From Chiloscyllium plagiosum (taxonomy: Eukaryota), in assembly GCF_004010195.1 (NCBI RefSeq), contig NC_057720.1, positions 25,100,736 to 25,164,735 on the forward strand: a DNA stretch of 64,000 nt, written 5' to 3'. Made by a program: the position numbers and the translations under genes. Position 1 is the stretch's first letter. Every line of letters starts with the position of its first letter. The notes under the pieces were generated by a model. It ran no database searches, had not been told where the DNA came from, and saw only the letters and a list, made by a program, of their open reading frames with translations. Shown here piece by piece: positions 39,990 to 53,146 of this stretch.

Positions 39990-40217
39990 CTTAAAAATGT
40001 GTTGTTGGAAAAGCTCAGCAGGTCAGGCAGCATCAAAGGAACAGGAGAATCGACGTTTCGGGCATAAACCCTTCTTCAGGAATTGATTCCTGAAGAGGGC
40101 TTATGCCCGAAATGTCGATTTCCCCTGTTCCTTTGATGCTGCCTGACATGCTGCGCTTTTCCAGCAACACATTTTTAAGCTCTGATCTCCAGCATCTGCA
40201 GTCCTCACTTTCTCCTA
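39990..40217. mobile_element. Palindromic family-A PLE with two opposed hammerhead cores
   Basis: 13-bp TSD gttggagacatgg (39977-39989 and 40218-40230). Arms of about 90 bp meet at about 40083. Confidence 0.87.
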
Positions 40218-40732
40218 GTTGGAGACATGGGTTCTGGTTTGTGGTCAAGGGCACCCATACTGAGAAAAGTGGGATTTGTATCAGTGAAATAGTGTCTATG
40301 TGAACACTGACTGGTGTTCCTGCCTACTGCATAACCCATAGAGTGGATTTTAATATAAGCAGGAGGGGCAAATTTGGAAAGATGTGATAAATCAAAGAGT
40401 AGAGTTAAACGCATTAATACAGGAATTAATTAGACCTCTGTGACAAGAAAGAATAGAGAGTACAAACCTAAAGGTCACCTACAGATGAGACAAGAACTTA
40501 CAAAAAGAGTAAAAGATAAAAGTAAAGGGTCTGTATTCATAAGCATGTAGCATTCATGCACAATAGATATACTGAGAGCACAAATGAAAATTAATGAGAA
40601 TAATCTGGTAGAAACATCGCTTTAGGATGACTTGGATTGAGAACTGAATCTTGAAGGCCACAGGACATTTAAGAATGACAGAAAACCAGGAAAAGTTGAA
40701 GTTGTGGATATGTTGGTTAATGATGGTATTAA

Positions 40733-40887
40733 GGAGAAAGTGAGGTCTGCAGATGCTGGAGATCAGAGCTGAAAATGTGTTGCTGGAAAAGCGCAGCAGG
40801 TCAGGCAGCATCCAGGGAACAAGAGAATCGACGTTTCGGGCATAAGCCCTTCTTCAGCCCTCATTCCTGAAGAAGGGCTTATGCCTC
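40733..40887 (-). mobile_element. Family-A PLE with hammerhead core and a short inverted stub
   Basis: 15-bp TSD taatgatggtattaa (40718-40732 and 40888-40902). The - strand reads CTGAAGAAGGGCTTATGCCCGAAACGTC. Confidence 0.87.
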
Positions 40888-42076
40888 TAATGATGGTATT
40901 AACCCAATAGACAGGGATGACCTAATGTTGGGAAAAACCTTTTTCATTTTTTTCATTTGTATCCAACAGTTTGAATAGAAATGAGAAATGATAAAGTGAA
41001 GCAGTCACTTGGGGGAATGGCTTACAGGTTTCCTAATGTAACCACATGATAGGATGAAGCAATAAGGAAGAAATACTGAGAGTTTGTCAGAAGGATATGT
41101 TGATGATCATGGAAGATTCTAATCTACATTTTAACTGGTAAAGTCAGAACAAAGATAGCCTAGACGAGGAGTTCATTGAATGTTTTCAGCATAATTTTCA
41201 TTTTCATTCCTCTATATGATGAGACTCGCTGGCTGGGCCAGCATTTATTACCCATCCCTAATTTCCCTTGAATGGAGTTGCTTGCTAGTGCCATTTCAGG
41301 TGGTAATTAAAAGCTAACTATGTTACTGTGGGTCTGTAATCACATGTAGGCCAGAGCGCGCACGAATAGCAGATTGCTTTTCCTGAAGGATATTAGTGAA
41401 GTAGATGTTTATTTATGACAGTTGACAATGGCTATATGTCAACAGACCAGACTTTAACTCCTGATTTATAAAATTGAATTCATATTTATATTATACTGGT
41501 ATTCTACAAATGGAGTCAAAACAGATCCTCATGTTAGCTTGGATACTTTTTGTATTAGAGAACTCTAACTAGATCTTAATTTTGTAGCTTGCTACCATCC
41601 ACGAGAACAAATTTCAGCTTGCAGATGTCCTTGAAACACTGGGTGATATTGCCACCCTTATTATCCAATCTATCCTTTTCTAAATATTATAAACTCCTGG
41701 CTATCATTTGTATTTCTACCTCCAGTTATTTTACAGTTTATTCCTACCATTTCTTGTACCCCACCGGCACAATTGCTTTCAGTTCTGATGTCTTATTGCT
41801 GATGTTCCTTTTCTGTCTTGACACTCCTTTCACCTTACTCTTCTTAAAAATGTAGCAAATTGTTTCTGCGCCAGACTTTTCTATCCTTTACTGATCCCAA
41901 TTACTTACAATATTATAGTACTGTGCTTGTACAGTAATGCCAGCTTACCCCGAATCTCTCTGATGGTACTTCAAAATATCTTAATCGGTGCTTATTGTGC
42001 TTTGGGAGATCCTGCAGTTGTGAAGTGCGTGGTATAAATACAAGTTCTTTCTTTTACTCATTCATTTTACTTCAAT

Positions 42077-43265
42077 AAGGCATTCGACAAAGTTCCCCAT
42101 GGGAGACTGCTTAGCAAGGTTAGATCTCACGGAAGACAGGGAGAACTAGCCATTTGGATACAGAACTGGCTCAAAGGTAGAAGAAAGAGGGTGGTGGTGG
42201 AGGGTTGTTTTTCAGACTGGAGGCCTGTGATCAGTGGAGTTCCACAAGGAACGGTGCTGGGTCCTCTACTTTTTGTCATCTACACAAATGATTTGGACGT
42301 GAGCATAAGAGGTATTGTTAGTAAGTTTACAGATGACACCAAAAGTGGAGGTGTAGTGGACAGCGAAGAAGGTTACCTCAGATTACAACAGTATCTTGAC
42401 CAGACGGGCCAATGGGGTGAGACGTGGCAGTTGGAGTTTAATTCAGATAAATGCGAGGTGCTGCATTTTGGGAAAGCAAATCTTAGCAAGACTTATACAC
42501 TTAATGGTAAGGTCCTAGGGAGTGTTGCTGAACAAAGAGACATTGGAGTGCGGGTTCATAGATCCATGAAAGTGGAGTCACAGGTGAATAGTGAAGAAGG
42601 CGTTTGGTATGCTTTCTTTTATTGGTCAGGATATTGAGTACAGGAGTTGGGAGGTCATGTTGCGACTGTACAAGACATTGGTTAGGCCACTGTTGGAATA
42701 TTGCATGCAATTCTGGTCTCCTTCCTATCAGAAAGATATTATGAAACTCGAAAGATTTATGGGGATGTTACCAGGGTTGGAGGATTTGAGCTATAGGGAG
42801 ATGCTGAATAGGCTGGGGCTGGTTTCCCTGGAGCATCGGAGGCTGAGGGGTCACCTTTAGAGGTTTGCAAAATAACGAGGGTCATGGATAGGGTAAATAG
42901 GCAAAGTCTTTTCCCTGGGGTCGGGGAGTCCAGAAGTAGAGGGTGTAGGTTTAGAGTGAGAGGGGAAAGATATAAAAGAGACCCAAGGAACAACTTTTTC
43001 ACACAGAGGGTGGTACGTGTATGGAATGAGCTGCCAGAGGAAGTGGTGGAGGCTGGTACAATTGCAACATTTTAAAAGGCATTTGGATGGGTATATGAAT
43101 AGGAAGGGTTTGGAGGGATATGGGCTGGGTATATGAATAGGAAGGGTTTGGAGGGATATGGGCCGGGTGCTGGCAGGTGAGATTAGATTGGGTTAGAATA
43201 TCTGGTCGGCATGGACGAGTTGGACCGAAGGATCTGTTTCCATGCTATACATCTCTATGACTCTA
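42077..43265 (+). mobile_element. CR1-type LINE (RT to 3' tail)
   Basis: KAFDKVPHG; SGVPQGTVLGPLLFVIY; KFTDDTK; tail ctctatgactcta. Confidence 0.92.
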
Positions 43266-43892
43266 AGATCACGTAAGGCAACAGTTTTTTAAAAAAACTT
43301 CCTATTTGTATCCACCTTGTTTGGAATTGGTCAGAGAACCTATCCTAATCCATGCAACTGATAAATTTATAGAAACAATTGAGGTTAGTAGCCAAACCTA
43401 ACTCCTGAAGTGAATTTTTATATGTTGCATTTCCATGCACTAGAAATATCCACCAAGCTACCAGCTATACCAGTCTTTACAAACTTGAAATAGATCTGTT
43501 GATTCAAGGACTATGATTAATACAAAGGGATTTTTGAGTGTGGAGATCTCTGTTTTTGCATCTGGAGCTATAGGATCTTTTAGGCATTGCGATTCTGGGA
43601 AAATTGAGTAGAGAGGGGCACCTATCAGCTAATCTTCCTTCTGTTAAATTAACACATCAGAATTGGGCAGTTTTTCTGACAGGCTTGTGCTTCTTCCTAA
43701 CAGATTTTCCAGTATTTACTGTAAGAATAATCCAGGAATCGGAAATCTGCTTCTTCGTATTTCCAGGATGTATTTTTTTAACTGATCTGTCTTAAGTGCA
43801 GTGGATAGCGTTTTGCATTTTTACTGTTCCCAAACTTGAAAAACGTATCATAATGTCTCCTCATTCTTGACCTATGTATTGTGTTATTTCAG

Positions 43893-43971
43893 GATTACTG
43901 AGGCTTTGTGTGATCCACTGTCGAAGCTGCCTGTGTTGCACAAGCAAGCTGTTCTCGCTACAATGGATGAG
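43893..43971 (+). CDS. SZT2: SZT2 coding exon 11
   Basis: tatttcAG acceptor; ITEALCDPLSKLPVLHKQAVLATMDE; donor GAG|GTACTG. Phase 2 to 0 fits. Confidence 0.85.
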
Positions 43972-45562
43972 GTACTGTCAAGAAATAGCAACTATTAAAT
44001 TGTTTGACAGCATACTGAATGTTTTAGCAAGTGCCATTGATTCCATTAATTACCTCTGTATCAGTGCTGTATGGAAACCATGATTCTAAACAATTGGAAC
44101 TTCGCCCAGTACAGGTAGACAATCCTTTATCCGAAACCCTCGGGACCAGCTGTCTTTTGGATTTCGGAGCTTTTTGGATAAAGGATTAAATGACACCTTC
44201 AAGGTAAAACTTAAAATAAATGCTGAACAGCAGACACACCTGTGATTACTATGAGCGCTGAGACAGAATTGATTCCTGCCATTGCTGGGCCAGACCGCTA
44301 AGTCACGCCTTAGTGATGTGGGTTCAGTTAACTGTTTGCACACCAAACAACATCGTTGTTGAGGAAAAAAAAAGTTCAGCTGTGTTTTTCTAATTGTATG
44401 GTACCTATCAACACACAGGATTTTCTGTTTCCTACCATTTTTATAGTCAATAAGGATTTTAAAAAAACGAAAACCCCTAATGACCAAAGTGAGATCATTG
44501 TTTGTTATGTTTTATCCCTATCTTTTCAGGTAACATTCTCACTTATTGCTGTCTCAATTATGCATAATTACCAATAAAAAATGTATTTATAATGCAGCTT
44601 TAGCATAGAAAAATATTCCAATTATATACAGAGGCAGTGTTAAGAGCGAACCTGTGAACGTAACATATCTTGATTTTCTGAAAGTATTTCATAAGATACC
44701 AAACACAAGACTGGGACTCAAATCTCTCTGAGAAAGTAAGAATAAAGAAGTTATTTTCAGGATGACAAAGCACAACCCCTGGACTGCCATTAGAATCACT
44801 GTTTGGAGTTCTTTTGTGCCCAAAAATATGGAACTCACAAATGTGCCTAATTCCCTCAGTATTTACCTGCCTATCATCTATTTAAAAAAAAAGTTTACTT
44901 TCCTATTCATCCTCCTAAAGGAATTATCTTGCATTGCCCCACAATTTAACCCACTTGCCACCTTGTCCACTCACTTGTTCAAACTACATCCTTTTGTAAC
45001 CTCTTTGACCTCTCTATCACTTATTTTCCCACCTAGCTATTTGCCATCTGCAAATTTGGATCTCACCATTCTCTCATCTAAGTCATTGATATAATTTGTG
45101 AATACTCCCCTGGTCTCTACAGCTCCAAACAAAAAAAACCTCAGCAGAATTGACAAGACTACTTTTAGTAAAACCGTGTTGATTCTGCCTCAATATATAA
45201 TTTTCCAAATGCTGTATTGCAGCATGCATGCAACATGATCTAATAGAAGCTACTAGAAAGTAAGAAAGATATAATGTTCTGCAGCTTTTGAGTAGGATTG
45301 GCTTTGGGCAGATGGTAGTTTGAAATTGTGTATGTTGTAATTAGTGGTCAGTTTCCAATATCAAATCAGGTCCTGCAATGCTGTGATGGATGTGCAAGTT
45401 TCACACGATTTAAAATAATCTGTGAATGATTAGCCTCTGCTTTGTTTTTAGTTCAACTTTTAAGAATTTGGCAGAATAAGAGCCATGTAAAGGTTATGTT
45501 ATGCAACTTGAGCAGTTATCTGTTGTTTTCTAAGCTGTTCTATTACACTACCTGTTATATAG

Positions 45563-45748
45563 ATCCATTGGCTTCTGGAGGATGAGATTGTTTCAGCCTT
45601 GCGTCATTCAACAAATATTACTTTAGCTACCCTACAGAAAGTTGCAGATCATGTGTACATTTCAAAAGAAAGACCACGATGCCACAGCAAAGTGGTTCCC
45701 TTGAAGTTTGTTTTTGGTCCAGAGGAGTCACTGGAGAAATTTAAAGAG
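45563..45748 (+). CDS. SZT2: SZT2 coding exon 12
   Basis: ttatatAG acceptor; IHWLLEDEIVSALR...VPLKFVFGPEESLEKFKE; donor GAG|GTATGA. Confidence 0.92.
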
Positions 45749-46335
45749 GTATGAAGAAACTTTAGGTGTGACTAACAGAGTCTCATGATCATAGAATTCA
45801 GAGAGCGTTGTTATGGCAAAAAAAATGGCAAGGTGTAATCATTATTTCTAATTTAAGATCCACATACAAATTGGCTTGAGGAAGGGGCTGGGCAGGAGGA
45901 TGTGGGAATGGGTAAGAAAGGGAACCACTAAAACACTAATTATATGTTTTAAGATTACACAGGTGTCAAGCTAGGCAAGAATTAAACAATCCTAATTTGG
46001 AGTATATGAGATTGATTATTACATTTCTGCACTTTTCTTCAGAATAACTCTTGAAATATCACCCATGGGGAAAAGTCTTCTTTCATCTCTGTCAAGCAAG
46101 CAATTATTGGTTTCGCCTAGCACATTCACATACATGGTATCAGTGTTAATGATTGGGAGCATCCCTCTATCTTATCTAATCAAAACAAATGTGTTTATTG
46201 TTGTACCAGCATAATTGAAGTGCAGCATCAGTTATCAACAGTTCAGAGATGATATAGAGACCGACAGGAGCTGATCGATTATCATTCCTATGATTATAAT
46301 TTTAATAATTCCTTTTTTCATGTGTTCATCTTAAG

Positions 46336-46629
46336 GAATTTAAGCGCATGAATCTTCCAGGATACCTCCTCAATGAGGAGGCAAACAACTTCTACTATCT
46401 GTCTGTGAGTCGCTTGCATGCACAAAGAATTGAAGCAGCGCAGAAATGTTCCACAGACCTAGCACAGCATAGCCTGGCAAGTGAGTGTGTGGCAGTCGCA
46501 TGTGATGAGAGTGCAGATGCAGAAGTAGCTCTGATATGCCATCAACAACAGGAAAATTGGACTGAACAAATGGAAGTGACAACAGCATCAATATTAACTG
46601 AGGGAGAGAAAAGTGAAGAAAAATTGCAG
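46336..46629 (+). CDS. SZT2: SZT2 coding exon 13
   Basis: tcttaAG acceptor; EFKRMNLPGYLLNEE...SEEKLQ; donor CAG|GTAAAC. The 3' boundary is less certain (see findings). Confidence 0.78.
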
Positions 46630-47507
46630 GTAAACCAGTTTCAATCAGCTGATGGTATCCATCTTTCACTTGTAAAATGAAGGGTTTAGTTGTTTAAGTA
46701 GTGTTAAAAGTATTTTCTTTACAGTTGATCAGAAATTGACCACTGCTGTAACAAAAGAGCTATAAGCTGTACATCCAGTGCAGGCTATTAAATTTATTTT
46801 GTTAAAATTGAAATGATTTTCTGATATGATAATGCAATAGGCATATAATGTTTAGCTAAGGAGGTAGTATGGCCTTACAAACATTCCTGTTTTTTTTTTA
46901 AAAGTTATTTTTATAGACTAGGATGGAACTTCCATGAGTTTAGCCCTCATAGAAATTTCTTTAAAGTTTCCAAAATAAAGAAAAGACAACATGTTGTCAA
47001 TGTCATCGAGTATTTGGATTGGTTAAAATGGAGCAAGCAATGGACATATATTGTTATGTAAGAAGAAACTAAGGGTAGATTTTTGAAGTTTGTATCTAGA
47101 GAGAATCATCAACATTTGGAATATGTGACTGGTCGATACATTAAGAATGTATTCATTGCTGGCAATCTGGCTGTGACCAGTCATTAAAGAAGAAAGATCC
47201 CACTGGATGATCAATCTTGTAGCTAGTGTTCTGGAACTTACTTCAATTGACTTTGAAGGTCAGAAGAATTTTGTAGATTTTCTTGCCCCTGAATTGACCT
47301 CTCCTTGAATATTACAGAGTTACTGATAGCTGGGAATGCTCTGGCGATTGTGTTATTTCCAATAACACCATAAAAGTTTGGTAACAAGTTTGATTGACTT
47401 GCCAATCTTTCCCTGTCTGTTATTTTCATATATTCATTTCTGGGAATATGAATGCTATAAGTTGAATCACTTGTTATTCATGCCTTGCTGTGGTCTGTAT
47501 TTTAAAG

Positions 47508-47817
47508 GTCTTGAAGAATGAAAACAAACCAACATCTGAGAGAACAGTGATACCTGCTGTGACTAATGAAGCATATCTTACGTCAACTGAATTAGTTGAA
47601 GAGAGCATGGAAGGGAAAAGCTGTCTGTCTATCAGCCAGTCTGATCAACAGGATCAAGTATTTACAGTGATCAAGCCTGACCGATCTCTTACTAGTACAC
47701 CTCTCCAACAGTCAAGCCCAGGACCTGAGAGAGTACCAGTGGCAAATCCCCCATCACAGGCCTCTTCTGCTGTGAGTCTCGTCGAATCTGTGCAGTCCAA
47801 TATACCTGGCAGTACAG
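47508..47817 (+). CDS. SZT2: SZT2 coding exon 14 (Ser/Pro-rich)
   Basis: ttttaaAG acceptor; VLKNENKPTSE...SNIPGST; donor ACAG|GTGTGT, phase 1. Confidence 0.78.
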
Positions 47818-48054
47818 GTGTGTCATATTTTACAAATTTAACTCATATGCTGACTTGGAAGTTAGAATGTTAGCCTGTTAGGTTCCAAAGTAGGTGCTTG
47901 CAGGTTAAATCCTTGTCTTACGCCAAGGGTCGAACACAAAATGGATTGAACAGAAAAGCTTAGTATGTGGCAAGTGTGCAGTGAATGTTTGAATATTGGA
48001 TTCAATTGTAAGGTTGCTTCGTTATCCACAAGAGTTTCATGGAAGTTGGAATTC

Positions 48055-48360
48055 GCACCGTGGCCTCACACCGTGCCAGGGATGTGGGTTTGATTCCAGC
48101 CTTGGGCAACTGTCTGTGTGGAGTTTGCATGTTCTCCCTGTGTCTGCATGGGTTTCTGCCACGTGCTCCGACCTTCCCCCCACTGTCCAAAGATGCGCAG
48201 GTTAGGTAATTGGCCATACTAAATTGTCCCATAGTGTCCAGGGATGTGCAGGCTTGGTGGTTACAGGAATAAGGTGTGTCTGGATGGGATGCTGTTTGGG
48301 ACGGTCACTGTAGACTGGATGGGTCAAATGATCCCTATCTGCACTGTAGGAATTCTATGA
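48055..48360 (+). mobile_element. tRNA-derived SINE, older copy
   Basis: Body tgtgtggagtttgcatgttctccctgtgtctgc...aaagatgcgcaggttagg shared with the 16215 family. Confidence 0.8.
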
Positions 48361-49062
48361 TTTTGTAGAAACCCACTAAAATGTATGTTGAATATGTTGT
48401 TGTTCTTTTGATTTTTTTCACAGGGTCTTGAGCACTTCATTCAACAAGACAGGAAGTGGATGTCCATGATCTCATAACATTTATTATCCATTTAATTTTA
48501 AATCTGGGACACCTGAGTCCTTTTAGGTCGAGAAGTCCAGGCTGGTAGCTCTTAATTGTTCAAAAGAAAGCTCCTTATTAAAATAGAGATTTGTGGATCC
48601 TATTTTTACATGTTGAAAGCTTGATTATGTAACATAAGTAGCCCAATCACAAGCTGAAACAGAACATCTGTGTTAGCTTAATAACCATAATCATCATTTT
48701 CAGTGTAAGTGAATTTATAATGCTAAATTCTGAAATTATGCTAGATATTTGACTACTACTGGTTGAAGTTGGGAGAGTTCTTGAGCATGAACAGATGGCT
48801 AGTTAGACTACCAACCATAGCAAGGCTGGCATTGTTTGTTTGGGCTTCCTTTAGGTCACACAGAGAATAAAGCCTAGCAGAACAACACTTATAGCAGCTG
48901 CAAAGTCCCTGACCAGTTCAGGGCATCTTATTGATGTTTTTTGTGTTCACTCTCTTCCTTCTGCTTGTATCCTCCTTTGGATTCTTCATTTTTCTCACAG
49001 TATTATGTATTTTTCATCTGTGTTTGATCCTTGACCTCCTCTCTTATGTCTGTCTCTTTTAG

Positions 49063-49137
49063 GCTTTTGCAAGCTGAGACCAAGCCGAGTACAGAGTGTG
49101 GTTTCCAGTCAGGGCAGTCTGGATTCTGATCTATTAG
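49063..49137 (+). CDS. SZT2: SZT2 coding exon 15
   Basis: Long pyrimidine tract + AG; GFCKLRPSRVQSVVSSQGSLDSDLL; donor AG|GTGAGA. Confidence 0.9.
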
Positions 49138-49523
49138 GTGAGAGAATCTTTTCTGTAACTTTGGTTTTTAAAACCATATGTACTTTGTTTCATTAAGTTA
49201 TGTGAATGGAACTAACAGTGGAAAGGTACAGAAAATGATGCGCTAATAAATGTGATTAGAGCGGCTGTGCTCTGCTATAGCTCCATTTGATCACATTTCC
49301 ATTACAGATCCTCAGGATGCACAAGTAACTGTATTTTGTACCTTTGTTTGCAACTTACAAAATGGCAAGAAGTGGATTTCTTCATTCACGTTCATCTTTG
49401 CACTAAATGAGTAACTAATCACTGAATTTTACAGGAGAGAACAAAGTCATTCAGCCCACCATACCTATGCTAGCTCTTTTAGAAAGCATGCCTAAGTTGC
49501 CGCAGAAGGGAACATGCGTTACA

Positions 49524-49828
49524 TTAGATTACTTAGTGTGGAAACAGGCCCTTCAGCCCAACAAGTCCACACCGACCCGCCGAAGCGCAACCCACCCATA
49601 CCCACTCCCCTATATTTACCCCTTCATCTAACACCACGGGCAATTTAGCATGGCCAATTCACCTAACCTGCACATTTTTGGACTGTGGGAGGAAACCGGA
49701 GCATCCGGCGGAAACCCACGCAGACACGGGGAGAATGTGCAAACTCCTCACAGTCAGTCGCCTGAGACGGGAATTGAACCCGGGTTTCTGGCACTGTGAG
49801 GCAGCAGTGCTAACTACTGTGCCACTGT
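49524..49828 (-). mobile_element. Young tRNA-derived SINE (HE1-like)
   Basis: Reverse complement of the 16215 family, including tail and B box. Confidence 0.9.
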
Positions 49829-50499
49829 TAAATAATTTTGAAGGCTAAAGTATAATTTTATCCATGTATCTGTATTAGCCAGACTGCCTCAAAGTTTCTG
49901 TTCTTCCCGTTATGATGAATGGAAACATTTTAGTGTTTTGTTTCTAAAAAGGTAGTACATGCATAATTGTGTTTTCCTAACTTTTTAATGACTAGTTCTT
50001 TTTAAGTAACTTCCTTTCTCAGACTGTACTGCAAATCGTTTTAATTGATTGTCTCTCAAATTAAGGGTTACACTTTTTTCTGCCATGGGTCTTCATGTGA
50101 TTAAACAGGCTGATTCCTGACCCATAGATCTATGGACACATGGGCAGGATGTCCTGTGAAGTAGTGGAATCTGGAGTGCATGATTTCAATATGATGAAGC
50201 TTTATGGATAAGTTGTCATTTTGAATAATTGGTCGCGTGCACCTCAATCATTAAGGTCAATGGCACCATGCTTCAAGGTAAACTTCGGTGTGTCTTTGGA
50301 GCATTTTCTTTGACCTTCCTAGAACTTTCACTGTTTGAGCATTGATAAAAACTGGACCTGGCACCAAAGGTACTCTTCAGTTATCCAGCTTTAATTTCCA
50401 GTACCACCTAGTTGGTTTTGCCTTAGTGCATGAGAAAAATTTCACTAGAAATGCCCCCACCATGTTCTCTACATAAATGAGGGGGATTTTTGAACAAAG

Positions 50500-51101
50500 T
50501 TGAAGAACAGCTGATCAGGCAACATCCGAGGAGCAGAGGATTCGACATTTCGAGCATAAACTCTTCGTCAGGAATGTGGGGGTGGCCCAGGGGTGGGGGG
50601 TCTGAGAGATGGGGCAAAGGTAGTTGAGAATGCACTAGGTAGATGTAGGTGTAGGTCAGCGAGGAGGGTAGTATGGATAGATGGGAAGGAAGATGGACAG
50701 GTAGGACAGGTCAAGAGAGCAGTGCCGAGTTGGAAGGTTGGATCTGGGGTAAGGTGAGGAGAGGGGAAATGAGGAAACTGGAGAAATGCACATTGATCCC
50801 GTGTGGTTGGAGGGTCCCAAGGCAGAAGATGAGGCATTCTTCCTCCAGGCATCGGGTGGTAAGGGTTTAGTGGTGGAAGAGGCTCAGGACCTGCATGTCC
50901 TTGGTGGAGTGGGAGGGGGTGTTAAATTGTTTGGCTATGGCACGGTGGGGTTATTTTCTGTGTTTGTCCCGGAGATGTTCTCTGAAGCGTTCTGCAAGTA
51001 GGCGTCCTGTCTCCCCAATGTACAGGAGACCACAGTGGGAGCAATGGATACAGTAAATGACGTGTGTGGAAGTGCAGGTAAATCTTTGACGGATGTGGAA
51101 T
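50500..51101 (-). mobile_element. Penelope-like fragment (family A type) with GIY-YIG endonuclease remnant and hammerhead
   Basis: Minus-strand ORF ...VIYCIHCSHCGLLYIGETGRLLAERFREH (GIY-YIG pattern), then a pyrimidine tract and CTGACGA...GAAA core at 50540-50575. Confidence 0.87.
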
Positions 51102-53146
51102 CTTTGAATAAATGCTAGTGTTCCTCTTGAAGTCAATTTGTTAAAACATTAAGGCCAAACTCCTGCAAAGTCAACTGTGATCTTGCAATTCACTTATACT
51201 AAGGAGTAAACCAATAACCTCCAGGATAGCTATTCATTCAACTGGATACGTGGCTGAATTTCTATCATATTTCTACTGAAAACATATTGCAATTTTTTTC
51301 CTTGATACTCTTAACTTTATGCTGTGTCTGCAGTCATTGAATACTGTGCCAGTCAAAGATTTCTTGGATCTAATTTCTCCATGGCCTTAAAAAGTTTTAA
51401 GGATCTACCATCAAGTCTACCTTATTCTCTTATTAAGGACATAAACTACCAGAGTAGTTGATCATTCCTCATAATCCATCATCTGAGTTGAGGAATCACC
51501 GTCAAAGTGCCTCTTTAGATTCCCTCTAATAGTGCTACATCATGTAGTTTCTATATTAAGGAGCCCAGAATTAAATGTACGACTCCAGATGTGGTCTCAT
51601 CAAAACTGCATACAACTTAAAAGGTTAGCAGCTATAAATGTTGGCATTTCTTTTTATGACCACCAGTGCGCCCTGAACAGATGGGTTTATCAACCTGTCA
51701 ACTAAGAATTCCAAATCTAATGAGCTTTCGCAGAATTTCTAGTTGTCAAACTTTCTTCTGTACTTCTTTTGTTTAAATTGTTCTTGGCTTCTTTATGATT
51801 AAATGATCACAAATGAATGATTCAGCAGTTTGTCATTCCCCATCATAGACCATCAACGTCCCAATGGTAAATTTTGTAATGCCAGATTGCATCCTTTCCT
51901 TTGCTGCTGATGTGCTGCATTTTGCTAATTATGTTTGGTTACATTTCACTGAAACTCTCTCCAACCAGGTTTTTTGGCATTAAAACTATCATGACTTGAT
52001 AGTTTTCTTCTTTCTTGTTGGTCCTCACCAGATGGTTATACACCCAGAACCTTGACACATAATGGGAGATGAGGAAAGCAAGTTCTGGGCTATATTGATC
52101 ACAAATTATTACAGTGGTGACGAAGCCACCCTGGGTCACTAATCTCCAAGATAGACAAAAGAAGTCCAGCTCTTACTCCTGACCAGTTGGATTCTCTTAC
52201 AATATCTCAACTTCCTTTATTCTATATAAAAACATGCCAATTCATTCATATTTTGCACTGTTTATTTCACATTGTCACTTAAAGTTACATTGGCCACCAC
52301 CTCTGCTGAGCCTGTCCTATCATTGGGATAGACCATATACAGAAATGGTGTTATTATCTGGTACATTATAAGGTTTGATTCTCTGTGTATGAACTTGTCA
52401 AGCTATTTCTTTACTAGTCTGTACGATAGCTCTCAGTTTTGGTTCTAGTCCCCAGGTGTTAGGAAGGAGGACTTCGAAGGGTCATCATGGTCGATTCCTG
52501 TCCCTTACTTAATACCTGGTGATCTGTCCATCCTCATTCCTCTTTTGGGACTTCAAAGCCAATTTAAGGCCAGTTGAGAAACTATAAAGTGGTGTGCTAT
52601 CTGCAAAATAAACAGAAAAAGAAAGGTGTTGAAGTAATCAGAAAATACTGACAAAAATGTATCCAGGCAGGAATTGAGAATTAAAGCTGGGATTTCTGCC
52701 ACGCTATCAAGCTAAAGAAAGAAATAATAACAAAGCACTGTAGAAACTCAGCAGGTCGAGCAGCATCTCTGGAGAGAGGAACACTTAATATTTGTGCCTG
52801 ATCTGACTCTCCTTTGGAATCCTTCAGTAAGGAAGAATATGATTGTTTTAAAAAGGAACAGATGTTTCTAAGTTAATGGACCGGAACTCACATGTTTAGA
52901 ATAGTTTTAATTTCATCAATATGTGAAAATATATTATGCAAAATGAAAAACTGAAATTTACTTAAAGTTATTATACCCAAAGCAAAACAACATTTCGATA
53001 AGTTGGGCGAAAAATGTATCTTTTGTAAATGTTGCATGAGCCAAATATTTTTTGTTCAGTCTTTTGAGGGCCAGATTTTGCTTGAGGTTGATCGTCAGTG
53101 TCAGATTGCTGCAACATGGAGTGAAGAAACATGGATAAATGCCTTT

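Noticed and set aside
9353..43075. Many RT-like ORFs as possible intact or domesticated genes
   Set aside because: All are short, frameshifted or stop-interrupted pieces of 5'-truncated CR1 copies.
44112..44370. TA-caggtagacaatcctttatccgaaa, a Tigger-like left terminus
   Set aside because: No matching right TIR found, so boundaries cannot be supported.
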